DNA of 64,000 bases from an uncultured Bacteroidales bacterium. Its GTDB lineage: Bacteria; Bacteroidota; Bacteroidia; Bacteroidales; UBA10428. Under the pieces are notes generated by a model. That model saw only the letters and a list, made by a program, of their open reading frames with translations. It had not been told where the DNA came from and did not search any database. Position numbers and translations under genes: made by a program. The stretch covers positions 101,663 to 165,662 of the forward strand of contig CAZYDI010000001.1 of assembly GCA_964646255.1 (NCBI GenBank). Reading direction: 5' to 3'. Shown piece by piece: positions 62,998 to 64,000 of the stretch. How positions within the stretch are numbered: position 1 is the first letter of the stretch; the number at the start of each line of letters is the position of its first letter.

Positions 62998-64000
62998 ATG
63001 AATAAACTATTGCTGCCGGCACTGGCCTTTGTCCTCAACTGTACTGCCTACGCCCAATTGCCTGCGGGTTCCTGGAGGGATCATTTACCGTATAGTCACG
63101 GGGAAAAAATTGCCGCTTACGACAACAGAATCTTTTGCCTGTCTGCCGATGGAAGCCTGTATTCCTATAACCTGAAAGACCGCAGCACTGCGAAATACTC
63201 CAAAGTTACCGGACTTAATGATGCCGGTATTTCAACCATAGGCGCGTCGGAAAGCACCAATACCTTCTTCATCGGATACAGCAACGGCAATATCGACCTG
63301 ATTAAAAACGGTAACATCATCAACATTCCCGATATCAAACGTAAAATGATCCCCGGGATGAAGAGCATTAACAATGTTTACTTCAGGGAAAACCATGCCT
63401 ATCTGGCCTGCGGATTCGGAATTGTTCTGTTTGACTTGGACAAGGCCGAAATCAAGGAAAGCTACTTTTTCGGTGAGGGCGGAACACAAATCTATGTAAA
63501 TGATATTACCACCGACAACCAGTATATTTATGCGGCTACGGAAGCGGGAATATATTATGCTGATTTGAATCATCCTAACCTGCTTGATTTCAATGCATGG
63601 TCAAAGTTTACCACGTTGCCGGATCCTGAAGCTCAATATAAGCATGTTGCATTATATAACGGCATGATTCTGACCGTATACCATGCAGGAAATACCAACC
63701 AGATCATCTCATTCAATACCGGGGAATGGAATGTGTGGACAATCCATACAGCTGATTATTATGAGCACTTTGGCACTCAACAGGGCAACCTGGTTTTATC
63801 CACTGCTGAAAACACCTTTATTTTCGGCCCCGGGCAGACCGTTACCCGCACCCTGACAACCTATTACGCCCGCGATGTATTAATTGATCAGGAGCAACGG
63901 CTTTGGTATGCAGCAGCCTATGGTGGATTGGTTATGGTTGATGAAAGCGGCAATGGCACGTTGATTCAGATGGAAGGACCGGAATATCTTGATGTCGGTG
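62998..64000 (+). CDS. secreted beta-propeller protein (two-component-regulator-propeller / PorZ-like), 5' part only
   Basis: Not in the ORF track because it runs off the window. ATG 62998 gives MNKLLLPALAFVLNCTAYAQLPAGSWRDHLPYSHGEKIAAYDNRIFCLSADGSLYSYNL..GYSNGNIDLIKNG..YIYAATEAGIYYADLN.. The frame stays open to 63999. Repeated propeller-blade-like units follow a signal peptide. Confidence 0.5.
   Translation, partial: MNKLLLPALAFVLNCTAYAQLPAGSWRDHLPYSHGEKIAAYDNRIFCLSADGSLYSYNLKDRSTAKYSKVTGLNDAGISTIGASESTNTFFIGYSNGNIDLIKNGNIINIPDIKRKMIPGMKSINNVYFRENHAYLACGFGIVLFDLDKAEIKESYFFGEGGTQIYVNDITTDNQYIYAATEAGIYYADLNHPNLLDFNAWSKFTTLPDPEAQYKHVALYNGMILTVYHAGNTNQIISFNTGEWNVWTIHTADYYEHFGTQQGNLVLSTAENTFIFGPGQTVTRTLTTYYARDVLIDQEQRLWYAAAYGGLVMVDESGNGTLIQMEGPEYLDVG

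Noticed and set aside
1-64000. A scan of all intergenic regions over 100 nt for tRNA, rRNA, tmRNA, RNase P, SRP RNA, CRISPR repeats, IS ends, integrases or inverton-type inverted repeats.
   Set aside because: No cloverleaf-like GC-rich segments. No conserved RNase P (GAGGAAAGTCC), SRP or tmRNA cores outside coding sequence. No regularly spaced repeats, no recombinase or transposase ORFs, and no long inverted repeats flanking a promoter.

Overview
Dense chromosomal segment, about 52 CDS, roughly 90% coding, moderate to low GC. It looks like a Bacteroidota genome. Supporting signs: TAnnTTTG-type -7 promoter boxes in front of many genes; secreted proteins whose signal peptides end in AQ; the ftsX-DUF3098-truB-queA gene order; a DUF2723 GT-C protein; a PorZ-like propeller; MORN/YwqK and GIN-domain proteins.

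The content is overwhelmingly housekeeping:
- Replication and repair: dnaG, ruvB, uvrC, polA, mpg, dut, rdgB.
- Translation and RNA modification: pheS, mnmG, queA, truB, ybeY, rsgA, SUI1.
- Cofactor, isoprenoid and nucleotide metabolism: nadA, ispD, two polyprenyl synthases, apt, carA, rpiB, ilvE, hemW.
- Envelope functions: pbpC, a thioester alpha-2-macroglobulin lipoprotein, an EnvC-like factor, ftsX, a flippase, an efflux adaptor.

I found no rRNA, tRNA, CRISPR array, integrase, transposase, phage gene or recognisable defence system. I cannot point to a convincing new multi-gene system.

The most unusual region is the signalling cluster at 4.3-9.4 kb. It holds a cytoplasmic multi-PAS kinase and a NarL-type regulator whose phospho-acceptor Asp is Val. 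A spacer with its own promoter and terminator follows. After it come a canonical stand-alone receiver, a SiaC-like DUF1987 phosphoprotein with no Sia partners nearby, and a GIN-domain protein.

Secondary leads:
- an orphan RsbW/SiaB-like kinase at 26.2 kb;
- a perfect 16-bp palindrome directly upstream of uvrC;
- a long leader with an operator-like inverted repeat upstream of nadA;
- a DnaG with a degenerate zinc ribbon;
- a split A2M/pbpC module;
- an unrecognised 233-aa protein downstream of a hybrid kinase.

All product calls come from motif recognition by eye, not from database searches.
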